The notes beneath the pieces are model-generated. The model made no database searches and was not told the DNA's origin. It saw only the letters and a program-made list of their open reading frames with translations. A stretch of DNA of 64,000 nt from Azolla caroliniana (Eukaryota; Plantae; Polypodiophyta), in the NCBI GenBank assembly GCA_043228905.1, contig JBHGNT010000018.1:15810001-15874000 (forward strand), given 5' to 3'. A program made the translations under genes and the position numbers. Of the stretch, positions 44,416 through 57,135 are shown in pieces; within the stretch, counting starts at the first letter, position 1, and each line of letters begins with the position of its first letter.

Positions 44416-46757
44416 TGTTGGGATTTGTTCCCTTCCGATTCTGAGAATGACCGATTGTGTAATTGACAATATCGCGGAAAAACATAAACACACCAAATAC
44501 AGAGAATAGAAAATTTTATGTGGAAACCCTAAATGGGGAAAAACCACGGGAGAATTTATCTTCTCTATACAAGATATTGAGGATCAAACCTCAGATATGT
44601 GAGAAAGACTAACTTGAAATACACAACGCACGTGGAACAGCAAATGCACAGTACACAGTGATTTACATGGAAACCCTAAACGGGAAAAACTACGAGACTG
44701 AGATTCCATTATACAAAGAGAAGTACACTCTAAAACTAAGTGTATCAGCCGCAAAGGGCTCTCGACATCCAAGCTCACTTAACTATGGCGCCACTCTCTT
44801 TCCCATTCTCACTCTCGCACAACGATGAGACCCACAACTTTTGGTTGTTGTCGTCTACGAACGTCACGAAGTACTTCGATCCGACATGTGACTTCGTGTC
44901 CACTTGACATACATCGGTATGCACAAGTTCTAGTGGTGCATTCCGTCTCATTGGTGGTCTTGTCCGGAAAGAGGTTAGGTTTTTCTTGCCGGAGAAACTA
45001 TTGGTGCATCTCTCAAGTTGCATGTTTCACCTCCAGAATGAGGTTATCCTCGGCAAGTCTTCTCATCCCTTTTTGGGCTCATGTGACACAACCTCTTGTG
45101 CCACAGCTCACCGGCATTGTCGGATGCCACTTCACTTCTTCTCGGTGTATCCGAGCATGCATAAGGTACAACGTGTTGATCTTCCGGGCCCGAGCCACGA
45201 TCAGGCTTCCTTTGCAGAACTTCATGACTCTATTCCGGATGCCAATGGTGTAGCCTTCATCATCTAACTGACCGGCTAGTATCAGGTTCAACCGAACCTC
45301 CAGAACGTGTCGTACGTCCTTCAACAACAACTTGCACCTGGTTGACGTTGTCAACCACACATCTCCCCTTCTTCAGCATGCACCTTCATTTCCCATCCGG
45401 AAAGAACTGTGATCTCTAGCTCTGTATGATGAGAAGCATTTCCGGTCGGGGGTCAGATGGAACAACGCTCTGGAGTCGACTAGCCATATCGTCTTGTCGT
45501 TGACAAGATGTAGCTCACTCTCCTCCGTGACCAGTAGCAATTCTTCCTCACTTGTCGTGATTGCCGACGTTCCTCTTCTTTTTGAAATCCTCTTCGGTTC
45601 CGGAATGTTGGTTCCCCCTTTGGCTTTCCAAAAGTGTCAGCAATTCTTCTGGAAGTGCCTCGACTTTCTGCAATAAAAGCAAGTGGGCCTCCCCCTCGAC
45701 TTCGACCTCGTCCCCGATTTGTCCCGGTTTTGGGGACTCTGATTCCGACATCTTGCCCGATTATGATTATCTCCCATGACCAAGGTCTTCAGATCAGTTC
45801 CGGAGTCCCGGTCCTTCCAGCAAAACTTCTTCATCCATCAAGCTTAATTTTACCCTTGCCAAGGACAACTGTTTTCCTTCCGGCCCGGTGATGCCCAAAG
45901 TGACAACTAGTGTCTCCCAACTATCCGGGAGGGAACCAAGAAGGAGCAACACTAGTACCTCATCAGCCAGAGGTACTTCTAGCGAGGTTGTTTGATTTAT
46001 GAGCCCCTGGAAAGCATTCATGTGCTCTACCATGCTGGATCCGTCTTGGTACCAAAGTCTCACTAACTTCCGGAATACTGAAACCCGATTTACGACGTTT
46101 TTACTCTCCAACATGGTACTGATTTTCTCCCATAGCACATGAGCCTTACTTTCTTCATTAAAGTTAGTGTACAATCTCATGTCGATGAAGCATCTGATGT
46201 ATGTCGATTCATATGCATCACCTCCCACGTCGTGTCATCGATCTTCTCCGGTTTCTTGTCCCCGAACTATGTCGACAGCTAGAGATCTTTGACCATGAGC
46301 ATGTCCCTCATCTTCGACTTCCACACTGGGTAGTTGGAGCCAATGAGCTTGAACATGCTTTCGGATGACTCTTCCATTTTTCTTTCTTTGTTTGAAGTTT
46401 ACAACTTCACTCTGATACCAGATTGAGAGGAAATTATGCTCCGCCACAACTGAGTCTTAAACTCACAATGGAAGGAGAAACAGGAAGATAGGAATAAGAC
46501 AATTAGTGCACTTACGCAAAATGAGACGACACCAGATGTTTACGTGGAAAACCCTAATCGAAAAAAACCATGGGAGCCCACAGACTCCGACCAAAATCAC
46601 TATAGAGAGGGGTACAATGGAATGAGACTCGGAGGCAACGACCTCGAACACTATGTCTTCACCAACCGACGGTTACAACAGAAAAGCTTTCTGTATCTCA
46701 CACTTTCCCTTAGACTCTCTCTCTATGTCTCTACAATAATATCTCTACACGCGTTAT
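44416..46757 (-). mobile_element. Decayed, internally deleted Copia M (relative of A/B)
   Basis: PBS TGGTATCAGAG at 46420-46410; LTR fragments 46424-46757 and about 44416-44810; LPDSWETL, CFYCRKSRHFQKNC, LKDVRHV, LELVHTDVCQV; RT and RH absent. Confidence 0.8.
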
Positions 46758-49700
46758 TATAAAAGAATATGTGTGTGGAAGCATATGCATAAGACACAAA
46801 GTACACGGTTCGGAATTATGACAGTTAGGTAAAACGCAGAAATCACAGAGAAGGAGAGGGAGAGACAGAGAGAGAGCAGAAAGACAATTCTATACGAGAA
46901 AAGATAACACTCTATATACACTTCGTGCTCAGTGAGCACCTTTTATACAAGCCCTGACTATTGGGCTGACACAAGTACTTACAGTACTTGACCGCTCATA
47001 AATGAGCATCCTACACTTATTCCCAAAATTATTCCTTATGAGGAATAACGTTCTAACAACCTCTCAATTTACACAGCGCCACGATCATATTGTGCATACG
47101 GTTTTACGCACCCAATGTTAAGCTTGTCTCTCAACACTCCCCCTCAAGCTCAACTTGAGGTTCCATCTGCTTTTCCGGATCTTCGCTCCGGCCTCACCTA
47201 GCTTCACACCTCGCTCACACTCCTCGACCCGTTAGATCCCTTCCGGTTGGCTTGTCTGCTCACATGGCCTTTCTCAGCTCCCTTGTTGTCTTAGTGTTGG
47301 CGCCTCTTTCGTTGCCCTTTCCTCCACTCGGCCCTCAGTCGATTCGTAAGTCCAAATAGAATATTTCGATTGAATCGATCACTTCCGATCTAATTCCACT
47401 TTCGCCCGAATTGGCTATCTCCAATTCGTATTCTGTTTCTAGGCCCTTGCAACATCAGACCACGTCTTGGTCTTGGCGTTTACACCCTTCTTGGCTGTAT
47501 TTCCCCTTCTTTCAGCTGTCTTCGGCTCTTCCTTGCGATTACGGCCCCTGTTTTCTTCTTTAGCTTCTTCTGACGGCTTGAAATTTAATTCTTCATCCGT
47601 CTCGGCGTCGCGATCACCACCGCTCCTTCCAAGCTCCTGTTCCTGTCTCCACCTCAAGTTCGGCGTGTCGAGGTGACGCAAATCCAACTCACTTGATAAA
47701 TGCTGCAACTTGTCGAGACCAAGGGGCTTGGTGAAGATGTCGGCAAATACGCTAGTTCGACTTCACCAGAAAGGACACGCTCGTGGATAAAATGGTAGTG
47801 CACCTTAATGTGCTTGATCCGGGCATGGAATACAGGATTTTTCGCAAGGTGGATGCTTCTGAGGTTGTCACAATAGATCATCGTCGGATCGGAAACTTCC
47901 ACAGCAGATCCCGTAATAGTCATTTCAGCCAAATGATAGTCGCCGCACTTCCCATTGAGAATGTGTATTTGGACGTGGATCTACGATCGTTGGCATTTCT
48001 AGCCCAATCGGCATCCGTGTAGCCAACTAACTATTTGGCTATGCCTGCCCAATATAGCAACGTCATGTCCTTAGTGCCATTGACATATCGCAATATCCTT
48101 TGTGCGCACTGAAAGTGTTCGGCCATGGTCTGTGACATAAATTCGTTGATCAAGACAACCGGGTAACTAAGATCTGGCCGAGTGATCGTTAAGTAGATTA
48201 GATTGTTGGAACCGTGTAAGCTCGCATGCCTTTCCCGAATCTCGGCGAACCTTTACGTTTCTATCCAGAGGGGTCAAGATGGGCTTACAATCTGCCATCA
48301 TGAACTTAAAGAGCATATTCAGCACGTAGTGACGCTGACTGATCAATATGCCTTTGAGGGTGTGGATCACTTCGATCTCGAGGAAGTAATGAAGGTCGCC
48401 AAGATCCTTCGTTTCGAACGATGCCGCAAGTTGAGACTTTACATGGCCGATTTCTTCCATGTCGGTACCGGCGATGACTAAATCATCAACATAAAGTAAA
48501 AGACAAACCGGTCCATGTCGACCTTGTCGAACGACTTGGACATTGTGAACCCCATCCTATGCAACCGCCGCGTAATGTTCGCGTTCCAAGCTCACGGGGC
48601 TTTTTAATGTGAAATAACAATATGAAATTTATGGGAACCTTTTATTTAGTTAATTTATTTACATTTTTTTTTTTTCGTTTTATTAAAAAATAAAACAAAT
48701 ACATTTAAGTTTTATATATATTATAAAAATATTATTAGTACAAGGTTCCCTTTTAATAACAGATAAAAATATCAATTTTTGTGGGAGAGTAAAGTGGGAA
48801 ATTAATGAACCTTTTATTTATTATTTATTATTATTTTATATTTATTAAAAATAAAACAAATACTTTTAAGTTTTAAGTTTTCTATTTATTATATAAAAAT
48901 ATTATTTAGCATAAGCCTCCATTTTAATGTCAAGTGAAATATCTCATATTTAATGTGAAAGTCTCTTTGTTATATGATATATATATTAGAAACTAAAAAG
49001 TAGGAACACTTTTTTTCTTTCTTTTTTTAACGAATATTTTTTCATGTATTCTGATGCATATTCGTATGTATTAGTATGGTAACCCCCACGAATGCGAATA
49101 TGTCAATCTATGTTGTCTGATAATGCGCACATCTCTTCCTCCATCGCGGCACGCTAGTTTGCGTCTTCCGCCGCTTCTGCGTAGCTCTCCTGCTCACGCA
49201 CTTCCGCACTCGTGTCATGTATGCGTAATGGTGCGCCATGTATTCATTGTACCCGTATCTTTTTATGGGTTTGTTCAGGCGGGTACATCAGCATAATTCG
49301 TGATTACCCTATTTCACGACCTTTCCGGCCGATTTTGACCTCTTCCGTGGAGGATCCTTCTCGATTGGCCCGAAGTTAGATTCGCTTCGATCTTACTCGG
49401 CACTACTGAAATTGTATTCTGACATTTTCTTCTTCCCTTTTTCTTTACGCGTAGATCATCTCCTTGGTTCTTTACGAGAGGACAACACGACCGCGTCTCC
49501 ACTACTCGCCGACTCTTCATTTGATTGGCCATCTCGGCCCAACCCCTCATTCGGCCCACTTAGCCGAAATGAGATTGGACTCTCTGTCAGAGCTTCGATT
49601 TCCTCATCACGCGGAGGCAGCTCGGCCTCACTGACCTCTTCTTCAGAATTCGGAATGGATTCATGAGGTATTGGAGGTGAAGGCAAGTACCACGAAGCGG

Positions 49701-51659
49701 ACTCGTTGAATGCGAGATCTCAGCTTATGCGAACTTCCTTTGTTCCGGGGTTATAGCACTTATACCCCTTCTGTTCTCTGAATAGCCGACCAAGATACAC
49801 TTCTCGTCTTTGGTGTCCAGCTTCCTCCTCTTCTCCTTCGGCACATGCACATACGCAATGTTGTCGGAAATCCTCAGGTGTGCTAGGTTTGGCTTCTTCC
49901 CATAATACAACTCATGTGGTGACACTCCTCCATTAGCAGAAGTCTGATTTTGCAATTAAACAATCGTCCTTACGGCTTCAGCCCAGTAAAACTTCGGCAT
50001 ATGCTTCTCTTCAAGCATTGCCATGGCGCCTTCTTCAATTCTCTGATTCTTCCGTTCGGCCATGTCGTTCTGCTCCGGCGTATATCTACACAAGAATTCA
50101 CGTCGAATTCCCTCCTTCTGTAGATAACTTATGAACCGGTCGGAGAAGTACTCCTTCCCGCCATTGGACCATAAGCATTTGATCTTCCCGCCATCGGACC
50201 TTCAAGAAACATGTGAAGACTTCGCTCTTCTGCGCAATCGTACATGCCCAGGTATGCCGAGCGAAGTCATCGATGAAGGTTACGAAGTAACGGTTACCAT
50301 CGAAACTCACGTTCTATGTTGGTCCCCACACATCCGAGTGGATCAAATCCAACGGATTTCCACTGTGATTACGCTCATTGGGGAATGGAAGTCCGTGTTG
50401 CTTCCCAAGTTGGCAGGCTTCGCAGACTTGGCCATCCCAAGTTGGTGTCGAGGATGAACATCCTCCCTTCACGGCGCCCTTGCGTGATGACTTGGCCTTC
50501 CTCTTCCATGTAGCACCCGAGGTGCGTGAATCGAACTTCCATCCCCTAGTCGACGATCTATCCGACCGACACCAGGTTCTTGGTTATTGTCGGGATGTGC
50601 AACACATTCATGAGTTAACCTTTTTGACCGATGTGGCTGAGGGGAACTTCGCCGACATGTTTGATGGTATGCGGAGTGTCGTCTCCCGTTTCCACAACTC
50701 CTTGTTTTCCTGGTTTCTCCAAGTACGAGAACCATTCATCACGACTCGTCATATGATTTGACGCTCCTGAATCAACATACCACACCTCAGTCGGTTTCGA
50801 GGTGTTCATGGCCATCGAATTGGCCTTGTGCTTCATTACGAAGGTTGGGCCCAATCCATTTCCGGCTCATTCGGAGCCCTCGGCATAGTGCGATTTCAGA
50901 CGTCTTCCTACATCTCTTCCACTCGATCCGGCTTTGTTCGAATCAGCTCTTTTTTTCTAGCACTCGCTCTCTCTATGGCCTTTCTTGCCATAGTACCAGC
51001 AATCCGTCGCGACCTTCTCTTGCCGGCTTCCGGCGCCACTATGACTCCCCCTGCTTCTAGAGGGTTCGGAATTGCTTTCGGCATTTCGATTATGCTGCTC
51101 GTTCTGGTCTTTTCGGTCACCTCCATTGCGCACCAATCCACCTCGTCTACCATGACCATGGGCCCTATCTTCCTCCGTGTACAACATCCTGTTGTCGGCG
51201 TGCGTACACGTCGACGCACCCTCGTGATTTTCCTCCACGAGCAACATCAACTGAAGCTCGAAGAATGAAGGCATATTCTGCCTTGTGCAGACTACCGTCC
51301 GAAATGCTCCGAACTTTGACGCTAACCCTCCAAGACAAACCTGCACCATTTTTTCCTCCTCGATGTTCACGTTGACGGAGGCGAGAGAGTCGTAGATCTC
51401 CTTGATTCGGGCCGTGTAACCGGCCACAGATAGATCTTTCTGTCGGACATTGTTGAGCTCCTACCTGAGCTGTAGCTTCCTGACCGTTGTGCTAGTAGCA
51501 AAAATCCCCTTGAGTTCACCCACACGCGTCCTTTGGCATCTTAGCATCTCGAATGTAGCTCAGAGCTGGTTGCTCACACAGGATGCAAAGCAGTGAAGAA
51601 CTCTGCTTGCCGCTTGTTCCCAAGACGAAAAATCTCTGTGTGTCGATTCGGGTGTTGTA
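46758..51659 (-). mobile_element. Decayed Copia G (family of F/D); gag interrupted by H
   Basis: LTR about 46758-47136 ending CTTGTCTCTCAACA like F; PPT adjacent; RH, RT, INT, PR (WYVDSGASNHM) and gag fragments homologous to F. Confidence 0.87.
48601..49121. other. Very AT-rich insert replacing part of the G reverse transcriptase
   Basis: Abrupt compositional switch. Two degenerate copies of GAACCTTTTATTTA...AAATAAAACAAATAC...TATAAAAATATTATT. About 385 bp of RT present in F (about 11290-11676) are missing here. Confidence 0.75.
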
Positions 51660-54205
51660 TGTCATGTGTATACAAAACCCAATAAGCTTTATGGTGATTC
51701 GAACCCATGACCTCCTCAAAGAAGGCATACAACCCCATCCATTAGGATACATCATATTGTATACATTAAATAATAAATTCTATTATATCAATAGGAAATA
51801 CATATAATAATATTATTGAAATGTCGCCACTTTGCATAAGCTAACGCATGATTGCCAAGGGGGATGCTTGCATGAATGCCAAGTGGCGATCATGCGTGCC
51901 TATGAGGTGGCAAGCATGCATGTATCCAAACCATCCTATATAAAAATATATTTGACTATTGATGAACCATTCTGGTTCAACGCCAGTCTTCGGCATATTC
52001 TTGTAAACATTGCTCTCGTTGTTAATACATTATCAAATTCTTCTTATCTCTCTCATTTGGTTCGCTTCTCATTCTCTTCTTCATTTTAAAACTCGTTCCT
52101 AACTTTGGCCTTGACAGTTTGAACCAGAAGTTCGATGGTAATCAATCATAGTTTCGAGGGTTTCTAAACCAAGTACATCTAGTAATTCATATGCACCCTA
52201 ATAGGTATCTGGCTGATGCAGCTCAAGTTGGACTAGTTGGGACCCTCTTAAGAGGAACTGCATTAGCGTGGTTTGCAGCACTGCTAGAAAAAAAGTTTCC
52301 TCTTCTCCAAGACTTCGAAGGTTTTATTAGAGAATTTCAAGTAAACTTTGGAGACACTGATAGTATTAGAACAACGATTAACAAGATTCGAAGACTGGGT
52401 CAAGGGGACCATCCTGCCTCTGCCTATGCCACAGATTTTCGACCTCCTAGCTTGTGATATTCCATGGGATGAAGAAGCCTTAATGGATCAATTTCGCTAT
52501 GGACTAAGAAATTATGTAAAGGATTTGCTATTAACTTTTCATGAAGATCCAAGATCACTTAAAGAAGCGATAAGTCGTGAAGTGCGATGTGACAACCGCT
52601 TATTCGAGCGATGTTCGGAGCATCAATTAATGTCACGACCAAGAACGGATCAAACATATGCTTCAGTAGTAGCCTCGACACCTACAAGCACAACCCAAAC
52701 TTCACACATGATTCCATCAAGTGGTCCAAGTCCAATGGAGATCGATGTAACACGTCGTCCAGGGCCTTTATCTGAAGCTGAGAAGCAAAGATGTCGAGCA
52801 AACCGTCTATGTTTGTATTGTGGTGGTTCTGGACACATCGCGATCACATGCCCACATAGGCCAAAACAAAAAGTAAATCAAGTATTAGTGAGAATCTTCA
52901 TTCCAATTCTCCAGTTAGATCGTCTAGCCCTAGTAGTCCCACATGTCATGGTCAGTCCAATAGTTTTGAAGTCTTGAGTCAACTTGATGAAATATTAAAC
53001 GAATAAGTCCAACCAAAATCGGAGCCATTTGGTTAGACAATCCTGAATATGTAAAGTCAACCCCAAGTAGTGGTTCCATTTTATCGAATCATGTTAGCAG
53101 AGTTTTTTCAGCACAAGTTGAGCTTAGCACTTCTAGGTGTCACCGAGTTCTTGCCTCTGTTCTCTTAAATTCAAGAGCCAACTCTTGTTTTATGGACAAC
53201 AAATTTGCTTTATCCGAGAAAATCCTATTGAAAAACCTCCCTTGCCTTGCATATGTTGTAGTCATTGATGGTCGCCCTATTTCATTTGGGAATATAGTTG
53301 AAGAATCTGAGCCAATTCGAGTAGTTCTTGGTAGCTTTGCTTGTATGATTTCCTTCCATATAATTAGTAGCCCTAAGCATCCGGTTATCCTTGGTTTGCC
53401 TTGGTTTGCCTTGGTTTGAACTTCACAATCCTGAAATTGATTGGAGAAATCGAACGATCAATGATTTCCAGCAGAAACCTGAATCCAGCTGCCTTGTTAC
53501 TACCAACCAAGATTCAAATCCTCACCAAATCTCGCCCTTCTCTCTACAAAAATTACGAGAAGATGGGCAAAGAAATGAAATGTTTGTCTTTGCAGTAATA
53601 GCAAACCCATCCTCTAGCTCACAAGGGGTAGGTACTCCCCTCCCTACCAAGTACTTGGATTTTGAAGACATCTTCAACAAAGCTAAAGCTAGTTCTCTCC
53701 CAGAACATCGGCCTTATGATTGTCCTATTGATCTACAACTTGGGAAAGAGCCACCATGGGGCCCAATATATAATCTATCACCTTCCAAACTCAAGGCCCT
53801 TCGAGAGTATATAGACGAGCACTTAGCAAATGGATTCATTCGACATTCTAAAAGCCCCTACTGGTGCACCCATCTTCTTTGTCAAGAAGAAAGATGGATC
53901 TCTACGACTGGTCGTGGACTATCGAGCTCTGAACAAAATCACAGTTCGAAATAGATATGCTCTACCCTTGATTTCGAGTTTACTAGAGCGTCTTAGTGGA
54001 GCGAAAGTTTTCACGAAGCTAGATCTTCGAGGTGCATATAACCTTGTTCGGATACGTCCAAGAGATGAATGGAAGACAACATTCCGTACTCGATACGGAC
54101 ATTTTGAGTACACAATTATGCCTTTTGGTCTCACGAATGCGCCCGCGGTTTTTCAACACATGACGAATGATATTTTCCCCGTTTTTTTGGATTCATTCAC
54201 CATAG
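51660..54205 (+). mobile_element. Tcn1-like chromovirus H (5' LTR, partly deleted gag, PR, RT N-terminus)
   Basis: LTR 51660-52116 (TGTCA...TGACA); [62 protein letters not shown]; cut immediately before YLDD by the tandem array. Confidence 0.9.
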
Positions 54206-54954
54206 TGTGAAAGTGTTTTTAGAATCTAAGCCATTGAACATTAGGAGAATATAAAGTATAGATAATTCACCTTTTGAGGATAAGAACACGAACTAAGACC
54301 TTAGGGAAGAAGTCAAAAGTAAAAGTACGAGACCAAGAGAAAAGTAAAAAGAGAAAACGCAGACTATAAAAAACAGTAAAAATAGAATGGTCATAACTCC
54401 CTCGTTGTTTATCCAAATATCACGTTTAAATATGGATTAGAAAGCTTGTAAAAAGAGCTTTCTATAGCTTTTAAAATCGCTTAATTTGGATTTCGGATGA
54501 GGGAGATATGACGATTAGAAGGTTGATGTGTCATAGCTAAAAATAGGGAGATAAAAAGCTTCTAAAAATAGCATGAACGTGGATAAGAAGAGGCAGGTTA
54601 TAAAAGAAGAAGTAATATTAGTGAGAAGGGGGGCTAAGAGTGAAGGCCAAAGAGTGGATGAGGAGTGTTAGGAAGAAGTGTCTTTGTGGAAGAGGAAGTG
54701 TCTTAGAAGAGGAAGGTCTTTGGTTTTAGTTCAATGTGGAGTTTGTCTCCTTTGTATTCTCTTGATGTTGGAATATCAGAACATTCTTATTTCTTGCTCG
54801 CTTTCTCTATCTTTTTTCTTAGTTTCTTGAGTTATACTCTCCAATCATAATTACCTAGAGCTATATAATATATTATGATTTTCAACTCCATCTAATCGGT
54901 TTGGTCAAGCCCTCATATAGTGTATAACTATCTATTATCTTATACACCCTATCA
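54206..54954 (+). repeat. LTR of array unit 1 (copies at 57396-58144, 60586-61334, partial 63776-64000)
   Basis: TG...CA ends, PPT upstream of copies 2-4, PBS downstream; TATAAAAG near 54599. Confidence 0.92.
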
Positions 54955-54957
54955 TTT

Positions 54958-54978
54958 TGGCGCTCCAGGGAGGGTCGA
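54958..54978 (+). promoter_or_regulatory. Primer-binding site, probably tRNA-Asn (also 58148 and 61338)
   Basis: TGGCGCTCCAGGGAGGGTCGA, 3 nt after the LTR. Resembles the complement of the recalled plant tRNA-Asn 3' end (TGGCGCTAGAAGGAGGGGTCGA); tRNA identity inferred. Confidence 0.7.
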
Positions 54979-55041
54979 TCCTTTCCGTATAGGAAGAGAA
55001 GTTATCATTTAATTGTGTTACTATATTACATTAACTTAGCT

Positions 55042-57135
55042 ATGCAATTTGCATTTTCGGGTGAAAGAACACAAGATGCTGGTGCCTTTTTGGCATGCTT
55101 TGAGCATCATGCCATATCTATTGGACGCATCACCGACAACGAAAAGTTGCCCTTGTTGGTAGCTACATTCTATGGTCGTGCTCGAGATTGGTATGACTCT
55201 CTTCCGCAAAATGAACAAGGAGAATATCAATTATTGGTGCATCAATTTCGTACAAGATATATTCAATGGAAAAGTGCAACTGAGGTAAGGGAGGAGCTTT
55301 TTCAACTAAAGATGGAATCACCTTTTGGTTTTTTAGAGTATGAACGAAATTTCCAAGAATTGTGGACGACGTGGATTCGTCTTCGTGGTGGCACCGAAGA
55401 CGAGTGGTTTAAGATAGAACAATTTAAGGTGGGCCTTGATATGCATTTCCGTTTGGAGGCAAGCTTGAAGGATCCAACGACTTTTCAAGCTCTTCTCCAA
55501 GTTTGTCAAGATTATGATCGACAAGTGAAGATGATGAGTTCCATGGGGGATCCCCAAATGACGGCTTTGGGTGCAAATTTGATGCCTCGTGCCAACTTTC
55601 AAGCCTTATCTTCAATTGTGCATGGTGGACAAGTGTTTCCAAATGTGTATACCACCACAACAATAAGTATATCTCAAGAAGTGGAACAAGTGAAGAGTGA
55701 ACAAGATACAATGGCGTTGGTGAATCGGCGCTTTGATGAAGTGATGGCCCACTTGCAACAATCCCAAGCAATTCGCAACACTATTCCCGATGGTGGTGGC
55801 TCTAGAGGGCATCACGGTGTAATTTGTTATTCTTGTCAAGAGGAGGGACCCATCTCAACAAGATGTCCTCATCGACAACAAAGAGGTATGGAAAGAGACA
55901 TGTATGAAGTGCAACGGAATGGACAACGACCTATCAACAATGGAGTCGAAGGAGGCGAATCCATAACACTTCCAATGACTCAGGTTCCTACAATTCCTCA
56001 TAATGTGAATCTTCTTAATTTTATTGATGATAGTGATAGTGCTTGTGAAGTAGCTCTTGTGAAAAGGACAAGAGCCTCGCAAAAGGAGAAAGAAGTTGAA
56101 GGAGAATCTAGTGACTCAAGACAAAAGAAGAAGTCTAAGGAGAATGAGAAAGAGGACAAATTGAGAAGGAGACACTCTAGAAGGAAGATAAAGATGGAGG
56201 ATATTCCTATGGGAGAAGGTGTAGAATCTTTCAATCGGAAGCATGAATTGATATCGAGTGGACCAAGGATAACATGGCCGCAACTTCTCCAATTATCATC
56301 CACATTACAAAATGAGTGGGGGAGGCTTGTGAGTATTTGCCAAAGTCAAAAGACCGTGCATTACGTGGGGATCATGCGAGTAGAAGATCGAAAGGACATA
56401 CGTCCAATCATCCCTGTCTCCATCAAAGGGGTTCACATCAAAGATGCCTTGGGTGATAGTGGTGCTAGGGTAAGCTTGATTTCTGAATTTGTAGTAAACA
56501 AAGTAGGAATTCCTATTAGTAGGTCATCTTCAACAAGGGTGGTTGTAGTAGATAGTGGAGTGGTGCATTGCACAAGCATAGTGGAGGATGTGTTCATCAA
56601 GTGTTTTGGAATAAGAGGAGAAGCTTGCAACAAATACCACATCAACTTGAAGGAAAGTGTATCAATTTCCCCAAAGCTTCGGCAATTGAGTGTTGAACAA
56701 AAGGAAGAATTTATGCAAGAGTTCAACGCATGGTTACAAGAAAGTTCCAATTATAAGATGGAAGATTTGAGGTGTGTGTCACCTATAGTTTTGGTTCCAA
56801 AGAAGAATGAGATCAATTTCAAAGCCTTGAATGATTCGACCAAACGAGATGAATTTTCACTTCCTTCTCGAGATGAGATTGTCGATAAAATGGTGGTTTA
56901 TACAAAACAAGGTAGTGTGGACAATATGTTGTGCCAAAAAGGATTTCATGTGGATGATTCAAAGATTAACATAATTACAAAGATGACAATTCCGACAAGT
57001 CTTGAAGCTTTGAAAGTATTTGTGCAAAAGGTGCGCTCGCTCGAAAGATTCATTTATATGTTGACATGCTTACTGCTATCAAGAGTGATGTATCCCATGG
57101 CCCTACTAGTCTTTGGAGCGTTAACGAAGACATAA
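55042..57135 (+). CDS. 697-aa Gag-protease-RT-remnant polyprotein, copy 1
   Basis: First ATG at 55042 (supplied ORF starts 55015). Capsid motifs FSGE...F...FE and GRARDWYDSL, knuckle CYSCQEEGPISTRC, protease LGDSGA, RT pieces SPIVLVPKK and NFKALN...DEFSLP; no YxDD, RH or INT. Confidence 0.88.
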   Translation: MQFAFSGERTQDAGAFLACFEHHAISIGRITDNEKLPLLVATFYGRARDWYDSLPQNEQGEYQLLVHQFRTRYIQWKSATEVREELFQLKMESPFGFLEYERNFQELWTTWIRLRGGTEDEWFKIEQFKVGLDMHFRLEASLKDPTTFQALLQVCQDYDRQVKMMSSMGDPQMTALGANLMPRANFQALSSIVHGGQVFPNVYTTTTISISQEVEQVKSEQDTMALVNRRFDEVMAHLQQSQAIRNTIPDGGGSRGHHGVICYSCQEEGPISTRCPHRQQRGMERDMYEVQRNGQRPINNGVEGGESITLPMTQVPTIPHNVNLLNFIDDSDSACEVALVKRTRASQKEKEVEGESSDSRQKKKSKENEKEDKLRRRHSRRKIKMEDIPMGEGVESFNRKHELISSGPRITWPQLLQLSSTLQNEWGRLVSICQSQKTVHYVGIMRVEDRKDIRPIIPVSIKGVHIKDALGDSGARVSLISEFVVNKVGIPISRSSSTRVVVVDSGVVHCTSIVEDVFIKCFGIRGEACNKYHINLKESVSISPKLRQLSVEQKEEFMQEFNAWLQESSNYKMEDLRCVSPIVLVPKKNEINFKALNDSTKRDEFSLPSRDEIVDKMVVYTKQGSVDNMLCQKGFHVDDSKINIITKMTIPTSLEALKVFVQKVRSLERFIYMLTCLLLSRVMYPMALLVFGALTKT

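Noticed and set aside
44520-44690. AAACCCTAAA motifs as telomeric arrays
   Set aside because: Single telo-box-like motifs within the GTGGAAAACCCTA...GGGAAAAACCACGGGAG block shared by all A/B/M LTRs.
49065-49105. Helitron 3' end (CTRR plus hairpin) on the minus strand
   Set aside because: The hairpin is incomplete, the implied element would be only about 50 bp, and no matching 5' TC end was found.
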